A stretch of 64,000 bases of DNA, taken from positions 64,001-128,000 of the forward strand of contig JASGJN010000004.1 in NCBI GenBank assembly GCA_049840735.1, written 5' to 3'. Position 1 is the first letter of the stretch. Each line of letters begins with the position of its first letter. This DNA comes from Anaeromyxobacter sp. (lineage in GTDB: Bacteria > Myxococcota > Myxococcia > Myxococcales > Anaeromyxobacteraceae). The notes under the pieces are model-generated. The model was not told the origin of the DNA, ran no database searches, and worked only from the letters and a program-made list of their open reading frames with translations. Shown here piece after piece: positions 22,511 to 33,923 of the stretch. Made by a program: the position numbers and the translations under genes.

Positions 22511-23199
22511 GAGGCCACCGACCAGGCCCCGGCCTGCTGCTCCTGGAGGGCGCCGGCCTCGAGCCGCAGGAGCCGCGGGGCCCGGCCCGCGAGCCGGTGG
22601 TCGTGCGTGACCATGATGACGGCCAGGCCCTCGCCGCTGAGCCCACGCAGCAGGTCCATCACGTTGTCGGCGCTGGCCGGGTCGAGGTTGCCGGTGGGCT
22701 CGTCCGCCAGGAGCAGCTTGGGACCGTTCACGATGGCCCGGCCGATGCCGACCCGCTGCCGCTCTCCCACCGAGAGCTGCGCCGGCCGGTGCCTGCGCCG
22801 CGCAGCGATCCCCAGCCGCTCCAGGATGCCGCCTGCCCGCTCCATGGCCTCCCCGCGGCGCAGGCCGGCCAGGAGCGCCGGCAGCGCGACGTTCTCCAGG
22901 CAGGTCAGGTACGGGACAAGGTTGAAGGTCTGGAAGACGAAGCCGACCTCCGTCCGGCGAAGGGCGGCCCGGGCCTCGAGGTCCAGGTCGTAGACCGAGG
23001 CGCCTCCGAGGTGCACCAGCCCGGAGGTGGGCGCCGCCAGCCCGCCGACGGCGTGGAGCAGGGTGGACTTGCCCGAGCCGCTGGGGCCCACCACGGCGAG
23101 GAAGTCGCCCCGGGCGACGGCGAGGTTCACGCCGCGCAGCGCGTGGATCTCGCCGTCGGGGCCTGCGAAGGAGCGGGAAACGTTCTCGAGCCGGAGCAT
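22507..23199 (-). CDS. LolD-type ABC ATP-binding protein
   Basis: GPSGSGKST, LSVGERQR, LLADEPTGNLD. Confidence 0.92.
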   Translation of the reverse strand: MLRLENVSRSFAGPDGEIHALRGVNLAVARGDFLAVVGPSGSGKSTLLHAVGGLAAPTSGLVHLGGASVYDLDLEARAALRRTEVGFVFQTFNLVPYLTCLENVALPALLAGLRRGEAMERAGGILERLGIAARRRHRPAQLSVGERQRVGIGRAIVNGPKLLLADEPTGNLDPASADNVMDLLRGLSGEGLAVIMVTHDHRLAGRAPRLLRLEAGALQEQQAGAWSVAS

Positions 23200-23202
23200 G
23201 CG

Positions 23203-24294
23203 TCAGCTCTCCCTGATGACGACGGTGGGATCCAGCGCGGCGGCCTGCCGTGCCATGAGGTGGGCCGCTGCGGTGCTCACCAGCACCGCCAGGGCAAGGA
23301 CCGGGGCGAGCGCTCCGGCGGGCGGGCTGATGGAGGCGCCGAGGAGCGCCGCCCCGGCCTCGTGCGTCAGCGGGAAGGCCGCCGCCCACCCGAGGAGCGC
23401 GCCCAGCGCGCCGACCGCGGCGCCCTGCAGCGTGAACAGCCAGCGCACCTTCCGGGGCGGCGCACCGATGGCCACCAGCAGGCCGATCTCCCGCCGCCTG
23501 CGGCGGAGCTGCGAGAGCGCGAGCGTCGCGACGATGGCGGCGACGACCGAGAGGCCCGCGGCGCGGATGAGGCCGGCATGGCGCTGCATGGTGGCGACGC
23601 TGCCCTTCTGCGCCTCCAGCGTACCCACCACCGTGATGGCGCGCGTGCCGGGGAGGAGGTGCTCGACCTTGCGGCCCAGCGTGGCGATGTCGATGCGGCA
23701 CCAGCAGCCGCCCAGCCGCAGCGCGGAGATCCGGCCGGGACGATCGAGGAGGCGCTGCGCCGTCGCCAGCGGCATGAAGACGGCGCGGTCGAGCCCGTCG
23801 GGCGCGGCGTCGGTGACCTGGAGCACGGAGAACACCTCCCCGCCCGCTGCGAAGGCCTGGCCGGCGGAGAGGCCGGCCGCCCGGGCCGCCTCACCGCCCA
23901 GCGCGGCCGGCTGGACGTCACCCAGCGCCGGCCACCCCGCGTCCTGGCCGACGACGATGAGCCGTGCCCCATTGACCTCCACCTCGCCGTACAGCCGCGC
24001 CTCCACGGAGCGGATGTGCTCACCCGCCTCTGACGCCTGGAGCGTCGCAGGGGTGGTGTCGGGGAGGGTCTCGGCCCCGAACCGCTGGCCGTGGAAGGCC
24101 GCCAGGTCGGCGCCCCCGGGCAGCACCAGCATGTTCCGCCCCAGCCGGTGGGCCAGCTCGTGCACCGAGTCCTGGGCCGAAAGGGACACCGCGTCGTTTG
24201 CCACCAGGGCAGCGATGACGAGCGCGATGGCGAGCGCGCCCAGGACGTGCTCCAGCCAGCGTCTCCTCAGCTCACCGACGAACAGCAGCCACAT
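23203..24294 (-). CDS. FtsX/MacB-type ABC permease
   Basis: RRREIGLLVAIGA motif, TM pattern, periplasmic CWC. Confidence 0.8.
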   Translation of the reverse strand: MWLLFVGELRRRWLEHVLGALAIALVIAALVANDAVSLSAQDSVHELAHRLGRNMLVLPGGADLAAFHGQRFGAETLPDTTPATLQASEAGEHIRSVEARLYGEVEVNGARLIVVGQDAGWPALGDVQPAALGGEAARAAGLSAGQAFAAGGEVFSVLQVTDAAPDGLDRAVFMPLATAQRLLDRPGRISALRLGGCWCRIDIATLGRKVEHLLPGTRAITVVGTLEAQKGSVATMQRHAGLIRAAGLSVVAAIVATLALSQLRRRRREIGLLVAIGAPPRKVRWLFTLQGAAVGALGALLGWAAAFPLTHEAGAALLGASISPPAGALAPVLALAVLVSTAAAHLMARQAAALDPTVVIRES

Positions 24295-24693
24295 GCATCC
24301 TCCGAGAGGAGAACCGCGCGAGGGCAGGTCATCGCCAGGCGAGCGGTCGTCGCCAGGCTTGGGCAGCGCCTCCGCGGATGAGCAAGAGGCGTGCCCGGGC
24401 GGGGCGGCGGCGCGGCTGTTCCGCAAGCCCACGAAATGCCGGAAAGGCCAGCCAGCCTGGAGGCAGGCCACACCACCGAGGACCGTGGCGAAGACGGCCA
24501 GCCGTAACCGATCCGGTCACGCTGTGACTCCGCGCGCACCGCTGGCGCCGGTCGGCGAGCGGCGTACGCAACGGCGGCGAACGGAGCGAAGGGCGAGCCG
24601 TGTGCGTGAGGCGGCACGCGCGCTGCAGAACCCGATCCCGAGATCAAGGGGCGCATTCCGCGCCGCCTGACCTTCCGGAGAGGAGAACCGGAC

Positions 24694-25089
24694 ATGTCCA
24701 CCCACGTCCTCAACAAGGCAGCCGTCATCCTTGCGCTCGGCGCCGCCGTCAGCATCGCCCAGGCCGAGGACAAGGCCCCCGACCCCAACGCCGCCGCCCA
24801 CGAGCACGCCGCGGCCATGAACATGGGCAAGGATCACCGCGACGCCAGCGCCGCTGCCGATGCGGCCACCGCCACGGCCGCAGACGCGAAGAAGGCCAAC
24901 GACAAGGCGCAGGAGCACGCGGCGGCCATGGCGCAGGGCAAGGACCACCGCGACGCGAGCGCGGCGGCGGATGCGGCCACCGCGAGCGACAGCGACGCAG
25001 CCAAGGCCACCGCCAAGGCCCGGAAGCACGACAAGGCGATGATGCAGGGCAAGGATCACCGCGACGCGAACGCAGCGGCCGACGAGTAG
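24694..25089 (+). CDS. Secreted His/Met-containing repeat protein
   Basis: GGAG RBS, signal peptide, three H...M..GKDHRDA.AAAD repeats. Confidence 0.75.
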   Translation: MSTHVLNKAAVILALGAAVSIAQAEDKAPDPNAAAHEHAAAMNMGKDHRDASAAADAATATAADAKKANDKAQEHAAAMAQGKDHRDASAAADAATASDSDAAKATAKARKHDKAMMQGKDHRDANAAADE

Positions 25090-25262
25090 CGCCCCGCACG
25101 CCGAAGACCGGCTCGGCCAGCCCTGGGGTCACACGCCAAGCGTGTGGCCCCTTCGGCCGTGGCGCGCAGCTGCTCCGGTGGGAGCGCCCTGGCGCACCTC
25201 GAGCGGAGCGCGGGCCCGAGGCCTTGCGCTCCGCTCGAACATCGCCGGACACGGGCGGACCG

Positions 25263-25568
25263 CTACCGGGCCGCCAGCTGCACGGGCTTGGCCATGTTGC
25301 AGATCCCGCGAGCCTGGTCGGTGGTGGTCGGAAGGCGAGGCGTCATGTCCACCGAGGTGGTCGCGGACGCGCGGGCGTTCAGCTTGAGGAGCTCGTCGTA
25401 GCTCGTGGCCTTCCTGGACGGGACGGCGCGGGCGGTGGTTTCGGCCGAGGGGTCGTTCCTGGCTGCGGCGGCCTTGAGCTCGTCGAAGCTGGTCGGCGTC
25501 GCGGCGCTCGCGACCCCTGAGAAGAGCAGCGCGGCGGCGGCGAAGGTGAGGGCGATTCGGGACATCAT
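25263..25568 (-). CDS. Small secreted hypothetical protein
   Basis: AGGAG RBS, signal peptide ending ASA, internal repeat TSFDELK/TSYDELL. Confidence 0.6.
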   Translation of the reverse strand: MMSRIALTFAAAALLFSGVASAATPTSFDELKAAAARNDPSAETTARAVPSRKATSYDELLKLNARASATTSVDMTPRLPTTTDQARGICNMAKPVQLAAR

Positions 25569-25732
25569 GGTGAGCTCCTGGTCGGAAGGGGTTGATGCTG
25601 CTGGCTTGCGTCAGTGCAGCCCTCGTGCCGCGCGCCGCACCAGCGGCTTCCGGGTGTTTCAACCGCCCGGGCCCCATCCGGCCATGAACCGTGTCGCCCA
25701 CGGTCGTCACACCGTGATCGCGACCATCACAT

Positions 25733-26116
25733 TCAGTGATGGCTCCCTGCGGAGCTACGCGGCGCCTGCTCGCTCGCCGGCGCGTGGCCCGGTGGAGCTG
25801 GGGTGGTGAGCAACCCGGTCCCCCACCCTCCCACGTTGAGCGCCACCCTCAACCGACCGAGCGCGCGCTGGGTGCGGAGCAGCTCCCTCGCCGACCACGT
25901 GATCAGCGCGGCTCCTCCAGCGAGCATCAGCACCAGGACGCTCCAGACGGCCCAGAGGTTGACGCCGAGGGGGTGCCGATCTGCGAGCACCATGACCCCC
26001 GCGTGGATCGTGACCGGAATGGTCACGAGCACGATTCCCATCTGCAGCTGGGAGAGCTCGGTCCGCTTCTGCGCCAGCAGCGTCCGGTACTGAGCCAAGC
26101 GCGTCTGAAGGTCCAT
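25733..26116 (-). CDS. Small two-TM membrane protein (DUF202-like)
   Basis: LAQYRTLLAQKRT followed by two hydrophobic segments. Confidence 0.5.
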   Translation of the reverse strand: MDLQTRLAQYRTLLAQKRTELSQLQMGIVLVTIPVTIHAGVMVLADRHPLGVNLWAVWSVLVLMLAGGAALITWSARELLRTQRALGRLRVALNVGGWGTGLLTTPAPPGHAPASEQAPRSSAGSHH

Positions 26117-26289
26117 GATCGCAGGAGATCGGATGCACGGCACGCGCCGGAGCGGTCTCGACCCGGCGCCCCGCACGATGGCACGCAGGGTGCACTCACG
26201 TGGCCCATGGACGCCCACGGCACGGTCGGCACCGGACCGCAGCTGGTCATCGCCTTCGCACCGCTGGTCTCTCCGTGACGGACGACCCG

Positions 26290-27684
26290 ATGGAGCGCGC
26301 GCGCATCCTGATCGCCGACGACAAGGAGAACATCCTCAAGCTGCTGGAGCGGATCCTGGGCGAGGTCTACCAGGTCACGCCCGCGCCGGACGGCGAGCGG
26401 GCCATCGCCCTCATCGCCACGCAGGCGTTCGACCTGGTCCTGACCGACCTGCGCATGCCCGGTGCGGACGGCTTCGAGGTGCTCCGGGTCGCGAAGGCGC
26501 GGGCGCCCGAGACCGAGGTCATCATCATGACCGCGTACGCCACGGTGCAGGACGCGGTCCTCGCCATGAAGCAGGGCGCCTACGATTACCTCCAGAAGCC
26601 GTTCGATCCGGACGAAGCCCTGCTGGTCGTCTCGCGCGCCCTCGAGCGGCGCCGCCAGCGAGCCCAGGCGCGCGCCTCCTTGCCCTCCCCCTCGGAGCTC
26701 CAGGCCTTCCACAACCTGGTGGGCGGAAGCGCCGCGATGAGGAACGTGTACCGGCTCCTCGAGAAGGCCGCCGGGCTGGACATCACCACGCTCATCACCG
26801 GCGAGACCGGGACCGGGAAGGAGCTGGCCGCACGGGCCATCCACGTCGGCAGCAGCCGCAAGGAGCGGCGCTTCGTGCCGGTGAACTGCGGCGCGCTCCC
26901 GGCCGAGCTCATCGAGAGCGAGCTCTTCGGGCATGCGCGCGGCGCGTTCACCGGCGCGGTGGGCCCCAAGGCCGGGCTCTTCGAGGAGGCCCAGGGAGGC
27001 ACCATCTTCCTGGACGAGCTCGGGGAATTGCCCCTGGGGGTGCAGGTGAAGCTCAACCGCGTGCTCCAGGAGAAGGAGGTCCGGCGGGTCGGCGACAACC
27101 GGCCGGTCCAGATCGACGTCCGCGTCATCGCCGCGACCCACCGCGACCTGAAGGCGGAGGTCGCGGCGGGCCGGTTCCGGGAGGACCTCTTCTACCGGCT
27201 GAGCGTCTTTCCCATCCGCATGCCCGCCCTGCGCGACCGGCACGACGACCTCCCGCTGCTCGCCGGTCACCTCCTGGACAAGCACGCGAGCGCGCTCCGC
27301 AAGGACGTGCGCGGGTTCTCGGTCGAGGCGCTCCGGGCGCTCACGGCGTACCGCTGGCCGGGCAACGTGCGCGAGCTCGAGAATGCGCTGGAGCGCGCCG
27401 TGGCGGTCAGCTCCACCGACACCATCGGACTGGAGGACCTCCCACCCGACGTCCGCGGGCCCGGCGGCGGCGAGGTTCCCTCCCAGGTCCGCGTCACGCT
27501 ACCCTTCCGCGAGGCTCTCGAGGCAGCGCGCGACCGGGTGTCGCGCGACTACCTGATGGCCCTCATGAGGGAGTTCGGGGGTCACGTGACGCGGGCGGCC
27601 GAGCGAGCCGGCATGGAGCGGGAGAGCCTGCACCGGCTTTTGAAACGGTACGGAGTCAAGACCGATGACTTCAAGCAGCGCTGA
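26290..27684 (+). CDS. sigma54-dependent response regulator (AtoC/NtrC-like)
   Basis: Receiver, GETGTGKE, GAFTGA, WPGNVRELEN, HTH. Confidence 0.93.
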   Translation: MERARILIADDKENILKLLERILGEVYQVTPAPDGERAIALIATQAFDLVLTDLRMPGADGFEVLRVAKARAPETEVIIMTAYATVQDAVLAMKQGAYDYLQKPFDPDEALLVVSRALERRRQRAQARASLPSPSELQAFHNLVGGSAAMRNVYRLLEKAAGLDITTLITGETGTGKELAARAIHVGSSRKERRFVPVNCGALPAELIESELFGHARGAFTGAVGPKAGLFEEAQGGTIFLDELGELPLGVQVKLNRVLQEKEVRRVGDNRPVQIDVRVIAATHRDLKAEVAAGRFREDLFYRLSVFPIRMPALRDRHDDLPLLAGHLLDKHASALRKDVRGFSVEALRALTAYRWPGNVRELENALERAVAVSSTDTIGLEDLPPDVRGPGGGEVPSQVRVTLPFREALEAARDRVSRDYLMALMREFGGHVTRAAERAGMERESLHRLLKRYGVKTDDFKQR

Positions 27685-28303
27685 AGGACCGAGTCGCCGC
27701 AGCTCCGCCCTGAAGCTGCTGGTGGCCGCGGCAGTGGGTGGCGCCCTGGTGGCCGGAGCGCTGGTCGTGTTCGTGCTGGCGGGCGGTGTGTCGGCCCGGC
27801 CGGAGCCGGGGCGCATCGAGGCGACCATCGCCCGCACGCTCCGGCACTTCGCCATCCCGGAGGCTGCCCGCGGACGCGAGAACCCGATCCGGCTCGACGA
27901 CCGGACGCTGGCGCAGGGGTTGGCCCACTTCGCCGACCACTGCGCGAGCTGCCACGGCAACGACGGCAGCGGGGCGACGGCGCTCGGCCGCGGGCTCTAC
28001 CCGCGGGCGCCGGACATGCGGCTGCCCGCGACCCAGGACCTGAGCGACGGGGAGCTCTTCTTCATCATCGAGCACGGCGTGAGGCTCACCGGCATGCCGG
28101 CCTGGGGCGGCGCTGGCCAGCCCGAGGAGAGCTGGAAGCTGGTCCACTTCATCCGGCACCTCGAGGACCTCACGCCGGACGAGCTGGCCCACATGGAACA
28201 GCTCAACCCCCGGTCACCCGACGAGTGGCGCGAGCTGCAGGAGGAGGACGAGTTCCTGCAAGGTGGCGCGCCACCCGCCGGCGGCCTACATGAGATGCAC
28301 TGA
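27665..28303 (+). CDS. Membrane-anchored cytochrome c
   Basis: N-terminal TM, CASCH, TGMPAWG. Confidence 0.85.
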   Translation: MTSSSAEGPSRRSSALKLLVAAAVGGALVAGALVVFVLAGGVSARPEPGRIEATIARTLRHFAIPEAARGRENPIRLDDRTLAQGLAHFADHCASCHGNDGSGATALGRGLYPRAPDMRLPATQDLSDGELFFIIEHGVRLTGMPAWGGAGQPEESWKLVHFIRHLEDLTPDELAHMEQLNPRSPDEWRELQEEDEFLQGGAPPAGGLHEMH

Positions 28304-28320
28304 TCGATCCGGAGCCGCCC

Positions 28321-28641
28321 ATGTCGCGAAGCAGCCGAGCTGCCCTCCTGCCCCTCCTGCTCCTCTTCGCCCGCCCCGGGCTGGCGCACGAGGGCGCCAT
28401 CCACGCGATGGGGACGGTGAAGGAGATCACGGCGGCGCGCATCGTCGTGACCACGCCCGAAGGCGACAAGGCGTTCACCATCGGCCCGCAGACGCGCTTC
28501 CTCCGCGGGAAGTCCACGGCCGCGGCCAGCGACGTGCACAGCGGCGAGCGGGTGGCGGTCCATGCCCGCGCGGCCGACGGCGGCGCCGCTGCGTACGAGG
28601 TCAAGCTGCCCGCCTCGCCGGCCCCAGCGGCGCAACCCTGA
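28321..28641 (+). CDS. Small exported OB-fold-like protein
   Basis: Signal peptide, then [15 protein letters not shown]. Confidence 0.65.
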   Translation: MSRSSRAALLPLLLLFARPGLAHEGAIHAMGTVKEITAARIVVTTPEGDKAFTIGPQTRFLRGKSTAAASDVHSGERVAVHARAADGGAAAYEVKLPASPAPAAQP

Positions 28642-30994
28642 GCCGCAGCGCGTTGGCGATCACCGACACCGAGCTCAGGCTCATGGCCGCGCTCGCGACC
28701 ATCGGGCTCAGCAGGACGCCGAGGAACGGGTACAGGACCCCTGCGGCGATGGGCACGCCGACGGTGTTGTAGAGGAAGGCGAAGAACAGGTTCTGGCGGA
28801 TGTTCCGCAGCGTCGCGCGGGACAGGTGGCGCGCGCGCACGATCCCCTGCAGGTCGCCCTTCACCAGCGTCAGCGAGGCGCTCTCCATGGCGATGTCGGT
28901 GCCGGTGCCCATGGCGATCCCGACGTTCGCCCTCGCGAGCGCGGGCGCGTCGTTCACGCCGTCGCCCGCCATCGCGACCACGTGCCCCTGCGCCTGCAAC
29001 CGCGCCACCACCTCGCCCTTCCCCTCGGGGAGCACGCCGGCCTCCACCTCGTCGAGCCCGAGGCGGCGGCCGACCGCGCGCGCCGTGGCGGCGTTGTCGC
29101 CGGTGAGCATCACCACCCGGATGCCGTCTTCGCGCAGCGCCTGGAGCGCCGCCGGGGTGGTCGCCTTGATCGGATCCGCGACCCCGACCACCCCCACGGC
29201 CCGCCCACCGGCGGCCACGAACACCACCGTCTCCCCGCCTTCACGCAGCGCCGCGGCTGCCGTCGAGAGCGCTTCTGGAATGGCGACGTCACCGAGGAGC
29301 CGATCCGTCCCCACCCGCACCTCCCGGCCACCGATGGTGGCCCGCACGCCCTGGCCCGTCACCGACGCGAAGCCGGCCCCTGGGGACGTCGCGACGCCGC
29401 GCTCGCGCGCCCCGCGCACGAAGGCGCCCGCCAGCGGGTGCTCGCTGCCGGCCTCGACGCTTGCGGCGAGCCGGAGCACCTCGGCCTCCGAGGTCCCGTC
29501 CGCCGGGACGACGCTCGTGAGCCGCGGCTTCCCTTCGGTCAGGGTGCCGGTCTTGTCCACCACCAGCACGTCCACCTTCGCCATCAGCTCCAGCGCCTCG
29601 GCGTCGCGCACCAGCACGCCGGCGCGCGCGCCGCGCCCCGTCCCGACCATGATGGACATGGGGGTCGCCAGCCCGAGCGCGCACGGGCAGGCGATGATGA
29701 GCACCGCCACCGCGTTCACCAGCGCGTGGGCGAGGCGCGGCTCGGGGCCTACCGCGGCCCAGATCACCGCGGTCACGACCGCGACCACGATCACCGCCGG
29801 CACGAACCAGCCGGCCACCCGATCCGCGAGCCGCTGGATGGGCGCCCGGCTGCGCTGCGCCTCCGCGACGTGCCGGACGATCCTGGCGAGGAGCGTGTCC
29901 TGGCCCACGCGCTCCGCGCGCATCACGAACCCGCCGGTCTGGTTGACCGTGCCGCCGGTCACGCGGTCCCCCGCGCCCTTCCCGACCGGGAGGGACTCGC
30001 CGGTGACCATCGACTCGTCGACGCTGCTGGCGCCCTCGACCACCGTGCCGTCCACGGGGACGCCTTCTCCCGGGCGGACGCGGAGCCTGTCCCCGACCGT
30101 CACCGCGGCCAGCGGAACGTCCCGCTCCTCGCCGTCGGGATCGAGCCGGCGGGCGGTCTTCGGCGCCAGGGCGAGGAGCGCCCGGATGGCGCCGGACGTG
30201 GCCTGGCGCGCCCGGAGCTCGAGCACCTGCCCCATGAGCACGAGCACGGTGATGACCGCCGCCGCCTCGTAGTAGAGGGGGACCGCGCCATCGTGCCCCC
30301 GGATGGCGGGCGGCAGCGCCCCCGGGAGCAGCGTCGCGAAGGCGCTGAAGGCGAAGGCGACGCCGGTCCCGAGCGCGATCAGCGTGAACATGTTGAGGTG
30401 CCGGTTCACGATCGACGCCCAGCCGCGCTGGAAGAAGGGCCACCCGCCCCAGAGCACCACCGGGGCGGCGAGGGCGAGCTCGAACCACGGCAGCGCGCCG
30501 CCGCGCAGGCCGTGCAGCGGGTCCTGCGGGAGCATCTCCGCCATCCCGGCCAGGAGGACCGGCGCCGTGAGGACGGCGCTGATCCAGAGCCGCCGCGTCA
30601 TGTCGCGCAGCTCGGGGTTGGGGGTGTCCGCCAGCGTCACCGTCCGCGGCTCGAGCGCCATGCCGCAGATCGGGCAGCTGCCCGGGGCGTCGCGGACGAT
30701 CTCGGGGTGCATGGGGCAGACGTAGGTCGTCCCTGGGGCCGCTGGAGTCTCCGCCGTGCGGCGCGCCTCACCCGTATAGGCGGCCGGGTCCGCCACGAAC
30801 TTCTCCCGGCACTTCGCGCTGCAGAAGAAGTGCTCGCGAGCGCCGTGTCGGGCGCTGCCGCCGCGTGCGTGGGCCGGGTCCACCGTCATCCCGCAGACGG
30901 GGTCGACGGCCTGCCCCGGCGCCGGCGTGGGCTCGCGCCGGCGTGCGGCTGGCTGGTGTGCGGCGGAGTGCGGGTGAGCATGACGTTCCTGCAT
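28601..30994 (-). CDS. copA: Cu(I)-type P1B ATPase with YHS and metal-binding N-terminus
   Basis: DPVCGM, CPMHP..CPICGM, TGES, CPCALG, DKTGT, GDGVND, YN and MSLSS. Confidence 0.93.
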   Translation of the reverse strand: MQERHAHPHSAAHQPAARRREPTPAPGQAVDPVCGMTVDPAHARGGSARHGAREHFFCSAKCREKFVADPAAYTGEARRTAETPAAPGTTYVCPMHPEIVRDAPGSCPICGMALEPRTVTLADTPNPELRDMTRRLWISAVLTAPVLLAGMAEMLPQDPLHGLRGGALPWFELALAAPVVLWGGWPFFQRGWASIVNRHLNMFTLIALGTGVAFAFSAFATLLPGALPPAIRGHDGAVPLYYEAAAVITVLVLMGQVLELRARQATSGAIRALLALAPKTARRLDPDGEERDVPLAAVTVGDRLRVRPGEGVPVDGTVVEGASSVDESMVTGESLPVGKGAGDRVTGGTVNQTGGFVMRAERVGQDTLLARIVRHVAEAQRSRAPIQRLADRVAGWFVPAVIVVAVVTAVIWAAVGPEPRLAHALVNAVAVLIIACPCALGLATPMSIMVGTGRGARAGVLVRDAEALELMAKVDVLVVDKTGTLTEGKPRLTSVVPADGTSEAEVLRLAASVEAGSEHPLAGAFVRGARERGVATSPGAGFASVTGQGVRATIGGREVRVGTDRLLGDVAIPEALSTAAAALREGGETVVFVAAGGRAVGVVGVADPIKATTPAALQALREDGIRVVMLTGDNAATARAVGRRLGLDEVEAGVLPEGKGEVVARLQAQGHVVAMAGDGVNDAPALARANVGIAMGTGTDIAMESASLTLVKGDLQGIVRARHLSRATLRNIRQNLFFAFLYNTVGVPIAAGVLYPFLGVLLSPMVASAAMSLSSVSVIANALRLRVAPLGPARRAA

Positions 30995-31052
30995 GGATGC
31001 GTTCTCCTTTTTCAGACGAACGCGCGACGTGCGCCGGCCTTACACTTCCAGG

Positions 31053-31628
31053 ATGTCCATGACCGACGCCGCCCGTCCGGGGCTGCCGCCCGCGCTCCTG
31101 GAGGGAAGGCGACGCTTCCTCGCCTTCCTCGCCCGCCGGCTCGGCTCAGAGGCGGCCGCAGAGGAGGTGCTCCAGGGTGCCTACGTGCGCGCCCTGGAGA
31201 GCGCGCCGGCCACGTTCGACGAGGAGGGCGCGGTGCGCTGGTTCTTCCGCGTGCTGCGGAACGCGCTGATCGACCGGGCCCGCCGCACCGACTCCGAGCA
31301 GCGCGCGCTGTCCGCCGACGCTGCGGAGGCGCCCCAGGCGCTCGACCCCGAGTGGGAGCGCGCCGTTTGCGGCTGCATCGAGAGCGCGCTCGCCGGCGTG
31401 AAGGACGACTACGCCATCCTGGTGCGGAGGGTGGATCTCGAGGGTGCCTCCGTGTCCGACGTGGCGCGCCAGGTCGGCGTCACCCCCAACAACGCCTCCG
31501 TCCGCCTGCACCGCGCGCGGCGGGCGCTCCGCGAGCGCCTGGAGGGGCTGTGCGGCGCCTGCGCCGCGCACGGCTGCCTCGACTGCTCCTGCCGAGGCGG
31601 GCCGACGCTCGGGTACGTCCCGCGCTGA
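31053..31628 (+). CDS. corE: CorE-like metal-responsive ECF sigma factor
   Basis: ECF regions 2 and 4, CGC linker, C-terminal Cys-rich CGACAAHGCLDCSC, divergent from copA. Confidence 0.8.
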   Translation: MSMTDAARPGLPPALLEGRRRFLAFLARRLGSEAAAEEVLQGAYVRALESAPATFDEEGAVRWFFRVLRNALIDRARRTDSEQRALSADAAEAPQALDPEWERAVCGCIESALAGVKDDYAILVRRVDLEGASVSDVARQVGVTPNNASVRLHRARRALRERLEGLCGACAAHGCLDCSCRGGPTLGYVPR

Positions 31629-31649
31629 AGCGGCGGCGAGGTCAGGCCT

Positions 31650-32865
31650 TCACGCCTCCGCGCCGCGCTCCGGCGCCGCCTCGACGCGCTTCGCCTCCAC
31701 GTCGGGCAGGAACGCGGTGAGGAGCCCGAACGCGGGGAGGAAGGCGCAGATCCGGTACACGGCCTGGATCCCGTACTCGATCCGCCACCTGGCCGAGCAG
31801 CGCCGCGCCGATCCCGCCCGCGCCGAAGGCGAGGCCGAAGAAGAGCCCGGCGACGGTGCCCACGCGCCCGGGCATGAGCTCCTGCGCGTAGACCACGATG
31901 GCCGAGAACGCGGACGAGAGGATGAGCCCGATCACGACGGTGAGCACGGCGGTCCAGGCCTCGTTCGCGTAGGGCATCGCCAGCGTGAAGGGCAGGACGC
32001 CGAGGATCGAGACCCAGATCACGACCTTCCGGCCGATGCGGTCGCCGATGGGCCCACCCGCGAAGGTCCCGACCGCGACGGCGCCGAGGAAGAGGAACAG
32101 GTAGAGCTGCGCCGTCCGGACCGAGACGTCGAAGCGCTGGATCAGGAAGAACGTGTAGAAGCTGCTCAGGCTCGCCATGTAGAAGTACTTGGAGAAGACG
32201 AGCGCGACCAGCACCGCGACCGCGAGCGCGACGCGCCGGCGGGGCAGCGCCGGGCCCGGGTGGACCCCGGCGTGGGCGGCGCCGCGGCGCCCCGCGTACC
32301 AGCGCCCGACCCCGACCAGCACCACGATCCCGGTGGCCGCCGCGAGCGTGAAGCCCGCGATGCTGCGCTGCCCGAAGGGCAGGATCACGAACGCGGCCAG
32401 GAGCGGCCCGACCGCCGACCCGGCGTTGCCACCCACCTGGAACACGGACTGCGCGAGGCCGTGCCGCCCGCCGGAGGCCATCCGCGCCACGCGCGAGGAC
32501 TCGGGGTGGAACACCGCCGAGCCGATGCCGATGCAGGCCACGGCCATGAGGACCGTGAGGTAGGTCGGCGCGAACGCCAGGAGCAGCAGCCCGGCCAGCG
32601 TGAAGCCCATCCCCACGGCCAGCGAGAACGGCAGCGGCCGGCGATCGGTCACCATCCCGACCACCGGCTGCAGCAGCGACGCGGTGAGCTGCGAGGTGAG
32701 CGTGATGGCGCCGATCTGGCCGAAGTCGAGCTGGTAGGCGGTCTTCAGGATGGGGTAGGCGGACGGGATCGCCGACTGGAGCATGTCGTTCAGCAGGTGG
32801 CAGAAGCTCACCGCCGCGAGCACGCGGATCCCGGTCCGGCCTTCTTTCGACTCCACCGTTGTCAC
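31650..32865 (-). CDS. Fsr-like MFS transporter (apparent frameshift near 31780)
   Basis: CHLLNDMLQS, FHPESSRVAR, QSVFQVGGN, GDRIGRK. Confidence 0.85.
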
Positions 32866-33800
32866 CTCGACGTGGCGGGCGCCGCGCTGCGGTCGCCTGG
32901 GAGGGAGCGCCGCTGTGGTGTAGCGGTCGAGAACACCGGCCGCAACCTCGCCACCAGCGCGTCCACCAGCGCCCGCACGCCGCGCGACCGGCGCAGGTCG
33001 CGGTGGAAGACGATCCACAGGTCGCGCTCGACCGAGCCGCTCTCCGGCAGCACGCGCTCGAGGTCCGGCCACAGCCCGGCCAGCGCGGCGGGCAGGGCCG
33101 CGATCCCGGCGCCGGCCCGCACCGCCTCGATGAGCGCGAGCAGGCTGCTGCTCTGGAACCGGGTGCTGGACCGCGGGGCCAGGCGCGAGAGCCAGCGCGC
33201 CTGCGGGGTCCGGGCGTAGCTGTCGTCCAGCGTGCAGAGCGCGTGGCCTTCCAGGTCGGCGGCCGTGCGGGGCCGGCCCCGGGAGGCCAGGTAGGCCGAG
33301 GAGGCGTACAGGCCGTAGCGCGCGACGCCGACGCGGCGCCCGGAGAGCGCCTTCTCCGCGGGGCGGCCGATGCGGAGCGCGAGGTCGGCCTCGCGCCGCG
33401 CCAGGTCGAGCGCGCGGTTCTCGATGCGCAGCCGGAGCTGCAGGCCCGGGTGCTCGCGCCCCAGCTCGACCAGCAGCGGCGTGAGGAGCGGGATGCCCCA
33501 CTCCGCCGAGGTCAGGGTCACGACCCCCGCCTGCGCCCCGGCGCGGCCCAGGCGGTCCCGCTCGAAGGCCAGCTGCACCTCCTCCAGCCGCTCGGCCGCC
33601 TCGACCACCTCGCGCCCCTCGGGCGTCGCCTCCAGGCGGCGCGCGGACCTCACGAAGAGCCGCGCGCCAAGCCGCGCCTCCGCCGCCTCCAGCCGCCGCC
33701 CCGCCGTGGCCGGATCCACGCCCAGCGCGAGGGCGGCGCCCTTGAGCGAGCCGGCGCGGGCCACGGCGAGGACGTCCCGGAAGTCCTGGGGTTCGAGCAT
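32862..33800 (-). CDS. LysR family regulator
   Basis: GSLKGAALALGV...LGARLFVR HTH and READLALR. Confidence 0.88.
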   Translation of the reverse strand: MLEPQDFRDVLAVARAGSLKGAALALGVDPATAGRRLEAAEARLGARLFVRSARRLEATPEGREVVEAAERLEEVQLAFERDRLGRAGAQAGVVTLTSAEWGIPLLTPLLVELGREHPGLQLRLRIENRALDLARREADLALRIGRPAEKALSGRRVGVARYGLYASSAYLASRGRPRTAADLEGHALCTLDDSYARTPQARWLSRLAPRSSTRFQSSSLLALIEAVRAGAGIAALPAALAGLWPDLERVLPESGSVERDLWIVFHRDLRRSRGVRALVDALVARLRPVFSTATPQRRSLPGDRSAAPATSR

Positions 33801-33923
33801 GGACCGCATTCTTGCACGCCTCGAATGCGCAGGTGCCGGTTGTTCCGGGGCGCGCGCCCGGACAGGTTCAGGCCCGTCGAGCGGGGCCCGCCGGCGCGGC
33901 GCCGGCTCCCCGCGGGAGGACGC

